Origin: Schmidtea polychroa
Taxonomy: Eukaryota
Reading direction: 5' to 3'
Length of the DNA: 64,000 bases
Assembly: GCA_044892525.1 (NCBI GenBank)
Contig: CM097885.1
Coordinates: 267,902,001 to 267,966,000, forward strand
Shown: one piece after another, positions 24,871 through 36,400 of the stretch
Position numbering within the stretch: position 1 is the first letter of the stretch
How the letters are laid out: each line of letters begins with the position of its first letter
The notes under the pieces: generated by a model
Told to the model about the DNA's origin: nothing
The model's database searches: none
The model's input: the letters and a program-made list of their open reading frames with translations, nothing else
Made by a program: the position numbers and the translations under genes

Positions 24871-25993
24871 ATGGACGTAGATATAGATAAGGAAGTCACT
24901 GTTGAGAAACCTCCATATCACACCTAATCAAATCCCAAATGCAAAATCCAAACTCCTAACACGAAAATATAAGTTTCAGTCAGAAGCAATGTTAGATTGG
25001 AACAAGAAGATAATAAAGGCTCCACCGGTTGATATAACAAAGGTTATCAACCAAATGCAAAATAAACCCTACAAAAGAACAATTTTTACAAAGTTTGCTA
25101 CGGAGAAAACACTCAAAAATAAAATATCAAAAGAATCCTTCGTGCAAATTAATAGCTTTGTCTTTGGAACTCATAAGTACAACTTTAAAAACAACCATAC
25201 TAGGTTTATCTCATATAGAATAATAAATGCCTATATTAAATAACATACCCAAGATTTCAAGGAAGCAGATTTTGACATGGCAAAATTTGCAAAAAACTTC
25301 ACTGTGCCTGAAGATTGGCTAAAATGCCTAAACCCAAATCCAAAAAAACAATTTTAATGGATAACGATAAAGAAAAAATCAATAAGTTGTCATGCCTATT
25401 GAATAAATATATCTTTAAAAACCAGGAGGAGCAAACCATGGTTGCCAATTTTTTCCACTTCTTTCTACAAAGAACTATATTGGGAATTACAAGGCCATTC
25501 AAATTTCCAAAGTACATAAAATTATTTGGTAAGAAGAATACCGAGAACGTTGTGGAGACGGCTATTACAGTAACAGAAAAAGAAAACAATGTTATTATAA
25601 ATGAATTTGCAGTAACAATGCAAGAAACTGTTCCTGTGACAGTAAATGAAAATGCAAATAATAATGAAGAAACCTCCACCGCTTGAAAAACGAATGAAAA
25701 ATTAAAGGAGATAACACATTTATCACAGTATCATCAGACAAAGAAGAATCGACACTAAAAAGAAGATAAACTACCTTTTTAAGAAAAAGCAAAAGAACCT
25801 GATAGGGGCAGAAAATATAATGACAAAACCAGACCTCGAAATTCATCTAATAATCAACAACGAATACCAAATTGAGTGCAACGCCTGTGATAAAATATCT
25901 GAAAATTACAAGAATGCAATGAATCACTACCGGCAAAAGCACAATTTCCCAAGCAAAACTGTGAACCCTATTTAAATGTAATGAATGTGATGC

Positions 25994-26986
25994 TCACTTT
26001 GGTATTATTGCAACAGAATATTTAATGTTTACACAATTTTCAAATGCTAGATCAGCTAGACTTAAAAACTCAGACGAGCTAAATTTATTGAAGTATAGGT
26101 CGTCGAAGACAATGCCATCAGTTTTCGTGATATCGCTATTGACTCTACCAAGCATTTGCATATGTTTAACATGAATCGGAACTTTAAAATGACTCAGCGC
26201 AAAGTTGGTCTTTCCAATGCCAGTCTGACCAAGGAATATATGAGAACGCATATCGTAAATGTTAATTGGATGCTCAATAAAATCCACAAAATTGGGCAGT
26301 GTAGGCTTGCCGTACTCATTCAGCAATGACTCTACAATTACTTTCCTTTTAGTGATATAATGGAAAAGTTCTTTATCTTTAATATGTTGGACCTTAAAAT
26401 TATTTTCAAAGAATTTCTTACTCTGTTCTCCATAAACGATCGACAGACCATCTGGCTGGCGAATCTCGAGTTTGGTTGCATACTGAAAGACGTGAGCTCT
26501 CTCTGAAGTCAGATGCCCTTTAACAAATGGTATTTTAAATTGTGACCGTACAGCTGTGATTGTAAAGTTTCTTGCAGTTTCCAACATACACTGCATATGC
26601 CGATAACCATTATCCCCAATTTCCTCCTGCGTTGTAAAGAACTTTGTGAGTTTAGAATCACTCCATAGTCCACACAGAACGGCCTTATGCTGCTTGAAAT
26701 ATTGCATTGCGATATTAAAGGACCATAGGTAATATCGATTTCGAAACACATTATCGTTTGTAGAACTTCCCAAGTCAGCAGCAGAATCCCTATTAATCTG
26801 TGCCACCAATTCACGCGTTTCCATCTCTCTACATTTGTCAAGGTGCTCTCTAACTTCATCGACTGTAGAATACGCAGTGCGCTTCGGAGACTGATGCATA
26901 TCGTGCATCGATCCTGTTGACACATCGGTAAAAGACGGGGACTTGTCTCGTGAAGCATTTTCTTCCTTTTGAATACGTTTATGCAT
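25994..26986 (-). CDS. rep: Endogenous CRESS-DNA-virus-like Rep (HUH endonuclease plus SF3 helicase), truncated before motif C
   Basis: Uninterrupted 330-aa ORF: motif I WSFN, motif II QEEIGDNGYRHMQ, motif III YATK, Walker A GQTGIGKT, Walker B IVFDD, then NIKYSVAIIPK. Confidence 0.88.
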   Translation of the reverse strand: MHKRIQKEENASRDKSPSFTDVSTGSMHDMHQSPKRTAYSTVDEVREHLDKCREMETRELVAQINRDSAADLGSSTNDNVFRNRYYLWSFNIAMQYFKQHKAVLCGLWSDSKLTKFFTTQEEIGDNGYRHMQCMLETARNFTITAVRSQFKIPFVKGHLTSERAHVFQYATKLEIRQPDGLSIVYGEQSKKFFENNFKVQHIKDKELFHYITKRKVIVESLLNEYGKPTLPNFVDFIEHPINIYDMRSHIFLGQTGIGKTNFALSHFKVPIHVKHMQMLGRVNSDITKTDGIVFDDLYFNKFSSSEFLSLADLAFENCVNIKYSVAIIPK

Positions 26987-29408
26987 TTGAGAGGTAAGAC
27001 TCTATCAGCTCTCAATAAATGAAATCCTCAACTGGTTCAAAAACAGATATCAAAAATATCAGAAGCCGAGAAGGGCATGCAGAACAGAGAACAAAAAGAT
27101 TAATCTATGCTCATATCAAATACAGAGACTCTATTCATTGAACTCTGGCAGAGCAATAAACGAAATACATCATGATTAAAAACAAAGTTATTGACGTATC
27201 TTCAACGTCAATGGACCTACATTTCACAAGACCAAAACCTCCCAAAATACAAAATATGATCATAATCATTGATAAAAAACCGGAATGGGAATCCTCAAAA
27301 GCAATTACTGAAAAAGATATATTCATAGCAATAAAAAAAAGTAAAGATTCAGCACCAGGAGATGACGGAATACCAGTCAGAGCGTGGAAAGAATGGATGC
27401 CTGAGGACCCATTGACACCAATATTCAACAGAATAATGGAAACTAGGACAATACCAGACTGTTGGAAGACATATATAACAAAATTAATAATAAAACCGGG
27501 AAAAAATAATCAAGCCCAGAATCCTGCAAACTGGAGGCCAATAGCATTGATGCCAACTAGTTACAGAATCTTTATGAAGATACTAAACAGAGGAATTCTC
27601 CAAAGGATCCACGAACACAGACCAATATCAGAATGGCAAAAAGCAGTAAATATCGTCAATGGATGTGATGAACATAATTACATCATAACTGTTCAAAAGG
27701 AAAAACATAACAGAAAAAGATATAGAGGACAACAGTGCCACCTTGTGTTCTTGGATCTTGCGGATGCCTTTGGCAGTATTCCACATAAAGTTATTTGGCA
27801 TACTCTCCAACAAAAAGGCCTATATAAAAACACAATAAACCTTCTACAGGAATGCTACAAGGACTGTCACACTATATACCAAAGTGGAGACACTAGATCC
27901 AGTGAAATCAAGCAGGAGAAAGGTGTTAGACAGGGATGCCCACTATCCATGACTATCTTCAGCCTCTGTATTGAATACTTAATACAGGCGGCAATGAATA
28001 GTGGATAAGGAGTTGAGATAGCGGGAGAAAAAATAAGCATACTAGCCTACGCAGACGACCTTGTTCTGATGGCACCACAACACCATTTAATCCACGAAAT
28101 GCTTGAAAAATAGTCGAACAAGCTAAACTGGCTCACCTGATATTCAAGCCGTGAAAAATGCGGATACTACATCAATAAAAATGACAATGTTGGATGGGAA
28201 AACAACACCTATCTTAATGGCACCAAGATCAAAAAGATTAATGAAGAAAATCTGTATACTTATTTGGGGGTTACAGTTGGAAGTACAAAGAAAAACGACC
28301 TCAACGTGATCTTCAAAGAAGAAGAAGCCAAAGCAAACAGTATTTTCAAATCATCATTAAGAGCTCATCAAAAGATAGAAGCATACAACACCTTCTGTCA
28401 CTCAAAATTTATATTCATATTACAAGCTGAAAAATTCGACGACAAAATAAGAATGTTGATAAAGGATAACGAGGTGCTAAATCTACAACATAAGATCCCT
28501 CTGATGGATACAATCTTCTACTCTCCTACAGAAAAAGGAGGAATAGGCATTACCAAAATCGTAGACGAGCAAATGATCCAAACAATTGCTAGGTTCTTGA
28601 AGCTAATGAACAGCAGCCACTCGGCAATAGTAAATATAATAACCGAAGAATTGATCGATGTAGCCGAGACAAGAACGGAAATCCCATCAACTCAATATCA
28701 GATGCACTAAAGTGGTTAGATGGGACATATGAGCATAAAAGATCAAACTCAGCCAAACTATCCTGGCTTGATAGAGTGAAAAATGCAATCTCACAACTGT
28801 ACAAGGACCATGACATAAAGCTAACATTCCTAACACGAAATATTGGTACCGGGTGCAGCATAAAATGCAATTCGCAAGAAAAACCAGAGGAAGTCTTTCC
28901 ACCATTTTTGGACGAGGCCTCAAAAAAGTTACATTGGATGATCCGGGAGGCATACTTCCAAAAATGGAAACAGGCAAACTGCCAAGGTCACATTCTTAGA
29001 TTGCCACAATCTGAATAACCAGAGTGGAAAATGCCGAAAGTGCAGAAAAGTGCAGAAATTGCGAAAATCCTCATGAGTCATCAATCCATGTCCTGAATAT
29101 GTGTGTAAGAGGAACTAGAATGAGGACCAACAAACACAATGAGGTACAAAAAGCACTAGATGAGATTCTAAAGAAAAAGGAAATCAGCTATGAAGTGGAG
29201 AAGAAACCAAAAGAAGCAAAAGAAATGTTAAAGCCAGACATTGTAGTCAGATTAAAAGAACACATTATGATCATAGACATAAAATGCCCATTCGATGACC
29301 ATGCAACAATAGAAGCATCAAGGACAACAAATCAAAATAAATACAGAAAACTTGCACAAGATATACATGAAGCAACAAACATATACACAACAATCGAAAC
29401 ATTCGTGG

Positions 29409-32400
29409 TGTTGGGCTGATGATCAAAAATAAATAATAATATTCAAATTTATAATTAAGAAAAAATAGAGGGGGAGAACTAGCCTAGAGAAAGGAAAACC
29501 GGGAAAATAAGGGAGAAATAGTAAAAATAATTATCGAACAAAATAGAAAAATTAAATAATAAAAAGATAGCACAGGAAATTAGAATAAAAACATAAAAAC
29601 CTAAAATAACCATAATAATTACGGAAAATCGATAAAATACGACAAATTACCTAAAAATTGATTAAAGAAAGGAAATTAAGAATAAAAAATAAATTAATAA
29701 GAAAACCACCGAAAAACAATAGAAAAATATAGGAAAAGAGTAAAAAACAGAAAAAACGAATAAAATTAAAATACTACAACCGCGCAGAATTCTGATTGGT
29801 CGGAATTCAGTATATAAGGAAAGTTGAACAATTAGTTTACAGTTTTAAAATTTATTCGATAGACGCGAATCATCAGCCAAACCACTCATTACTCATTCTA
29901 TTATCAATCAAACGAATCAAAGAGAATGTAAGGAATTATTTTTAGATTTTAATGCACTACTATGTAAATGATTTTTGAATTTCATATTTGTTATTATACG
30001 TTTCTAAACTTTAATCTGAGTTACAGTACGGTTCCCTATTTTTTCGACGACGATTAAATATGCTTTTTAGGAAAATGAGTAGTATTGGATTTAGGAGTGA
30101 TGCATTTATTCATGAAATTTGTTTATGCGTGAAGAATTTGAATATGAAGATTTCGAAGGGATGTGAGATGATTTATGTCGGAATTGAATTCAATGTTGAT
30201 AACATGTGAATATGTAGAAATAAATTATTTCAGATCATGCGAAGCGTTGTCTATTTGATTTTTAAACAAGGAGATATTTTAATTTTATCATGGCATATTA
30301 TGATTTTGACCTTATTTATATGATATTTTGGGATTGATTAGCTGGGAGGACGTCCGGAATTTGTCGATGTTCGCATTGACGAGGTACGGAGTGTCTTGCT
30401 GGATGATTGATCCCGGTAGAAGGATGCAGGGTATTGTCATTAAAATCGCTACTTTATTCTCCAACTCGGTAGCGGAACTTTGTCCAATTAGTATTCTAAT
30501 CTGAACAAAAATTAACCTTATGAAATAGGAGATTTTAGGCGCCAAACTCGTCCGAAGTATGACTCTCTTCGACAGGTGTAGAAGCCAACTGACTGGAATT
30601 GTGACTATAAAAGCGAAATGCACAGGCGGTATGGGAAGCGATATCTGGCTTATTTGAATAAACTAAAACAATCTGACCAAGTGATTACCTGCCACGTTAT
30701 TCATTGTCATTCTCACCATAATCATTCTGAAGGCTTCGATTCACTCAGTGTAAGTAGATAAGCAGCAGTTGCGATCTAATTCACGCGCTACACCTCTGAT
30801 AAGCTATACTTATCTAAATTCCCGGCAGTATTCGACACCCAGTGGCATGAGTGCTTATCATTTCTCTTTCGAGTTATCTAAAGTTACAACTATTCTGGAT
30901 TGACGGTAAATCCACGCATGCACTTTTAATAAATACAATAATTAACTTAACGGTTTGATAATTAAACCAATTTTCTATTTCGATAACCAACCACTGACGA
31001 ATAACTTATGTTCACAAATCTAAGAACAAATCATAGTGAGTTCTTTAGGGAAGAATGGTCAGGCGAAATGTGTCAGTTACACTTCTAACGAGCATCGGTA
31101 ACTAAATAACTCGCAAGTAAATCAGCGTGTAGATAAACCTATCACATTTTTATCATTTCTATTTTAAGTAATAAATTTTATGAGGCAAGTAATCGAATTT
31201 CAGTGTTTTTCGCGATCGGAGCCCTGCCACCCTTTTGCTAAAATAGAGGCGAACCACATAAATAATTTTGCGTGTATTAAGCATATGTTTGAACCGGATG
31301 AAGTATGATGAATGGGGGAATGAGTGCAGTAGCGAATTTACGAGGAACGAAATAGAAAGAGACTCGATTTCTTCCTTCCTCCAACCGACCCGAGACCGTG
31401 CTTCTCGTGCGCCGACAAAAACGCCCTTTTAAAGAAATCCACCGAATATATAGGGTCGTTGAAACGGAAAATCGATACGCTGGAGGGAACATGGTTTACC
31501 CCTGCCAGTATGAAGGAGGCTCGCATGAAAATTCTCCGTCTTGAACATTGCCGCGACAGCTTGTTGCAAGAGAATCTGAGCCAGAGACTCACCATCAAGG
31601 CACAATCAGCTGCCCTTCATCGCATATACTCAGACGCTGAACTGAAAGCGAGAGTAGCAGAATACCCAATAACGGACAAAGGAAATCTTTTTCCCACGCA
31701 TCATGATTTAACTCTCCTAAGACTTGATCAATCTCTTTGTTGCGGTGCTCACGGTCCACCTCCGGCATCTCCAATTCTCATCGACATCGTTAAGGCCTCT
31801 ACGTCAACAACTGTACCGCCCGTCACTACTTCATCGAATCCGTCAACGTCGCAGCCAGTCGTTTTGCCTGGAAAACAGAAGAGGAAGAAACGGCTAACAC
31901 GGGCCGAGAAAACGAAGAAACGTCGAGAGGAGATGGCAGCCCTCGAGGCGACATTATTTGCAGCCACTCAGGCGAAGGAAGTACCATCGACCAAGATCGT
32001 CGCACCTGTCAAAGTCGCGCCTGTCTCCACCTCTCAGCCACCTTTCGACCCTCCTTTGGAGTGCGACATCGATGCGATGTTAGCGGAGGGAAAAATGATT
32101 TAGAAAGCAACTAACCTCAAGTGTCACATCGTCACAATCCCCTCCAGCAATGCCACACCCAACATCATGACAGACAATATTCAAATTTCCGTGATTTGAT
32201 GCGACTTCCTTACGGATTTGTGCTTGTTTAATTGTTAATTCGAGTTTTGTTTGGAAATTATATTTTTACTTTGTTTTTGCTAATTGTTGGAATGTTGAGT
32301 TTGTCACTATGGGTACAACGATATAATAGCCTAAGCAGATTAAAAGACCTCACTTGGACCAGAGGCAGATTTTTCCTTTACTGATGTAAGTCCTCCTAAG

Positions 32401-32618
32401 GCATTCCGAACCCGAACCGCGAATGCTGTAAGGAGTAGTTTTGGTAACAGAGCTCACCTGCTCACAGGTTCCGACCGCAGCACCAACATGACTCGTAGTC
32501 ATGGGTACCCAGGAGGGAATATCTTTTCAACAAATCATTTGGGCATCTGGGATGAATGAATCACAACGATAACCCCTAGTCATACCAACCGACAAATGCC
32601 CTCCCCAGGTGCCCAACA
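29409..32618. mobile_element. Unclassified 3.2-kb insertion, TGTTGGGC...GCCCAACA termini, 4-bp TSD GTGG
   Basis: GTGG at 29405-29408 and 32619-32622; removal rejoins the REL domain (TFVV|CSLGTW); contains an unassigned 214-aa ORF at 31459-32103. Confidence 0.85.
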
Positions 32619-32811
32619 GTGGTATGCTCTCTCGGAACATGGGACAAAAGAAACGGCGACATATTCAGAAAGCTCGGAATCAGATACGAGGAGTACATGC
32701 CAATAAAGAGCAAAATGATTGAAAGGGTAATAAAGGGCTCCAGAAAGACATACGAGAACCACAGAGGATTCTACCAATAACCCAAGTATATAGACAGAAA
32801 ATGGATGATAG

Positions 32812-33036
32812 CCGGACTTTTGGCAAGCGATTAACCGTTACCTTTGGTGGAAACCCATTGATATGCACTACGAAATCTTTAATATGCAGGTTATCGGGGA
32901 AACTAGCGCCAATAATTTGAACGGTCTACAGCAACAGGCGGAGTTTTTAGTGTACAAGGATGAAAAACATTTATTTGGACCTTGTGCTAACCCCCCAGGT
33001 GGAACAAAATCATTCAAGGATATGTGGTTAAATTAA
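32812..33036 (+). pseudogene. Endogenous parvovirus-like capsid fragment 2
   Basis: PDFWQAINRYLWWKPIDMHYEIFNMQVIGETSANNLNGLQQQAEFLVYKD; 31/58 aa identical to fragment 1. Confidence 0.72.
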
Positions 33037-33407
33037 GCAACTCTTTTATACATTTCAAGTTTGGGAAAGTAATTTATTAAAGTTAAATAAAATGCATATA
33101 AAGAGTTAATATGTATAACTGATTTACATAATATCAACTCCACGTCAATAATTATGGCGTGCTTGATGGATTTAGTACACTGCCAAGGCCGATGGTCCGA
33201 TATTTAATTATTTTATAGTTCTTTTATTTATGTTCTTCTATCATTGAGGATTCCACAAATGAAAATTCAGTAGAAATAAATCAATAAATTTTATTTTTGA
33301 TCTCTTTATTTTATTTCATTTGTTTAAAAGTTTATTCAAAATTTTTATATAAAAAATTTATACTCATTTTACAGAAGAAAGCTGGAATTACATTAGGATT
33401 TACCACT

Positions 33408-33760
33408 TCAAATATACCATACCACAAATTTTAAATCCACCCATAGAAACTCGGATAATGTACGGATATCATCTGAAATTATTGTAAACCCGTTCTTTAA
33501 CATGGTAAGGCCCACAAGCAATCTCATAATTAACTTTGTCAATATAACACTCCACAATGATTCACGCAATGACACTCCATCTAAGTACCAACGCATTGTC
33601 CTGATCTCTTCTAATATCCCAATCTTTCTCGATGACATCAGTTCAGAATGACTAGGCCAGCGCCATATTGCCATCTTCATGTAAACCCATGTTCTCAAAC
33701 ACACCTCAATATTTGTAGACAACTTCAATCACAACTTTTGACTTTTAAAAACCACACCAA
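33408..33760 (+). mobile_element. NeSL-like fragment E (same subfamily as copy D) spanning the TGA-CTAG junction
   Basis: NIPIFLDDISSE*LGQRHIAIFM; nucleotide homology to 14390-14520. Confidence 0.7.
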
Positions 33761-34477
33761 ATCGAATTCTTCGGACATAATAATATAAGGTAAAAGTTGA
33801 AGACGAAGGGTTACAAATAGATAGCAAGATGATGGGTGGACAGGAGAAAAAAAGGGCGCTACACCTTCTACGGTATGAACATGAAACCAGATTAAATGAC
33901 GAAAATGTTTATTGGAAATTTAATTATTATGAATTCAGAAATCAGTAATTGCAACTTCATTTCGCCAAAATTATGTCATTTATCCGTTAAATTGATTTCT
34001 CTGAAAATTCAGGATACCATGCCTAAACCAATCCAAATTCCAAACTAAATAAGTTTCGGTCGACTATTGAACATCTGAACTAAACGTTTTCTGCGATTGT
34101 ATCTTAAATAAATGTGACATATACGAAAGTCTAATGCTCCGCAAGGGTAGATTTGGTTGGATTAGATATATCCCAGTAAAGAGGTGAGATTTGGCATCAA
34201 TTATTATATACCAAGTGAATCGCAATCTATTTATAATTGGTCATTTATAATTTATACCGAAAAGGGAACAATACGTAATAATAAATATAGATAATAACCT
34301 TATAGATAATAAAAATTATAGATAATAATCGTGATAATAACAGACACCGGCCTCTATACTACCCCAGAAAGTTTTTTTGAGTTTAAATATAAGAAAAATA
34401 TGTTGAAAGGATTGGTTTATCGATCATGATGGTTTTTTAAAAATCTCTAATAACTCTCATTCCGTTGAGACAATAAA

Positions 34478-34548
34478 AGGAGTGGATAGAATTTGATGAT
34501 TTAACACCAATCTTCAACCGAATTATGGAGACGCATCAAATTCCCTAA
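34478..34548 (+). mobile_element. NeSL-like RT micro-fragment
   Basis: AAGGAGTGGATAGAATTTGATGATTTAACACCAATCTTCAA..GGAGACGCATCAAATTCCC closely matches 19865-19935. Confidence 0.75.
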
Positions 34549-34839
34549 ATCCTCCACTGACAGCAAGCTATCTCTTCTCAGCTTGTCCATTTGCCAGCTA
34601 AATCCCAGTCACAAGCGATATTTGTGCTACAAATCAGTGGGTGGCCGTCAGCATGAGGTGAGCCAAATCGCAATGACTGCCAATGCTCTGATGTGCCTCT
34701 GGGTTCATGTGCTTACCTTAGCGCTGTATCATACCCATCTCAGTGACTGCCAATGCCCTGATGGTGCCTCCAGATTTAGATGAGATTTCGAAGACACTCC
34801 ATTGGATGATAAAGGAGGCGAAGTATGTTGGATTGTTTT

Positions 34840-34973
34840 CGGATCTCGTTTATCAATTCACATGTAATGGGTGTTTGTAAATTATCAATATAGTATAGTT
34901 ATTCATCCCTCGTGTATATCATCAGGTAACCTGATGATGATGATGATAGTAATGCTATCGAAATATATTGTGA
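34840..34973 (+). mobile_element. Penelope fragment with degenerate hammerhead (34927-34973)
   Basis: SDLVYQFTCNGC matches 430-470; CTGATGA...GATAG(TAATG)CTATC-GAAA-TATA-TT-GTGA is a mutated homolog of 11-51. Confidence 0.7.
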
Positions 34974-36309
34974 AAAAGATGTACAAATGATGATTTTTAA
35001 TAATTATTAAAATCATGCAATAGAATCACAAATTGTAATGGCATCGAAAACAAATTTATGACAGCCTCACTGCGGAAAGTTTGTATACATATCCCGCCTG
35101 TGACATGTTGGTAGCATATAACGCCATTCATCTTTCAAAACAAAATTTTACATAAAATATAGCAATCATTGTGAAAAACTCTCAAAATTTCTGAAAGCAA
35201 ATTGAAATTTATTGCTTGGTAAATTTTATTAATAAAAATGTATGTACAAAGTCTTTGATCTGAATATATAATCATCTATAAATGGTAACCAGTGTGTGTT
35301 GAAATCTCAATATAACCCTTATCAGACCAGATAGCGATAATGAAATGTGTTTTGTCATAAAAGCTTTAATATATAGTGAAAATAGTAACAGAAAATAATA
35401 TTCAAATTCAAAAATTAAATGATGCATTAACTGCAATTGAACAAAAATCCAAGCTCAAGGTTGACAATTTTTGATAAAATTTGAAATATTATAGCAAGGC
35501 ATTATGAATAAATCAAAATTTCAAATAAATAATTTACTAACCTTTCACCATTTAAGAATATATTAAATTATAATTGAATCACATTGAGAATTCAAAAAGT
35601 GCATACGAATTCAAAAATTATAATTTATAATTACAATAGCTTTTCTCACTGATTTTCACAATGTTGCTACCATTCTTTTGATCACATCACTTTATAAGTC
35701 TATTTAAATAAAGCTAAATTTAAACAAATCGTTATAATAACAAAATATATATAAAATATATATAAATATATAAAAGCATTTTTGAATTTTCACAGTCGCA
35801 TTTTAAATTTAAATTTAATTATTGATAACAATAGAACATTATTTTAAGTGGATGACACAAAATAAAATATATAAATTAGTTTTTCAAATGATATTGGTAA
35901 TGAAAATTAAATTAGATACCATACAAAGAGATTATGTATATAAAATTAAATGTAGAGGCAAATTTAAAAACAATTTAAGAAAATTCTGATTTTAGACTTG
36001 TTGAGGTTTTAAAAGTAAATTATTAAATTATATAGTTCAGATTAAAAGGAATACTGAAATTGAATGGCGGTCAAGCAGAGAAGTAATGGCAAAGAAAGAT
36101 ATCATAAAAACAGAACTATAAAAGGGAACAATGAAATGGGAAAATGCGCAAACCTGAGGAAGTGGAATAAAGTGAAGTTATCGAAATTGAAGCTGGGAAA
36201 CGGGAGAGGGGTAGATTAGGGGATGGTGAAGAAGACAGTGAGCAAGAAATTGTTAGAAAATGTGTAGAAAGGGTCGTAAAACAGACAAATGAGAAAAAAC
36301 GTAAAATAT

Positions 36310-36400
36310 TAATTAATTGGCTAATGGGAAACCCGAGTTAATAGGAAGCCCGAGCCAATGGAGAACCCGAGAGATGAAGAAAACCCGAGCGCGGCAATTT
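36310..36400 (-). repeat. Inverted homolog of the 17480-17580 repeat
   Basis: GGGAAACCCGAG..GGAAGCCCGAGCCAATGGAGAACCCGAG..ATGAAGAAAACCCG. Confidence 0.7.

Larger units (their letters stand above)
24900..32811 (+). mobile_element. NeSL-like retrotransposon copy C, interrupted by a viral Rep (25997-26996) and a 3.2-kb insertion (29409-32618), with 3' UTR fused to a capsid fragment
   Basis: N-domain and first zinc finger 24900-25996; full RT incl. GVRQGCPLS and AYADDL 27000-28300; REL to FVV at 29408; resumes at 32619 with VVCSLGTW...YENHRGFYQ*. Confidence 0.88.

Noticed and set aside
34990-35800. Possible class A GPCR remnant on the minus strand
   Set aside because: Only hydrophobic fragments, with no convincing DRY/NPxxY motifs.
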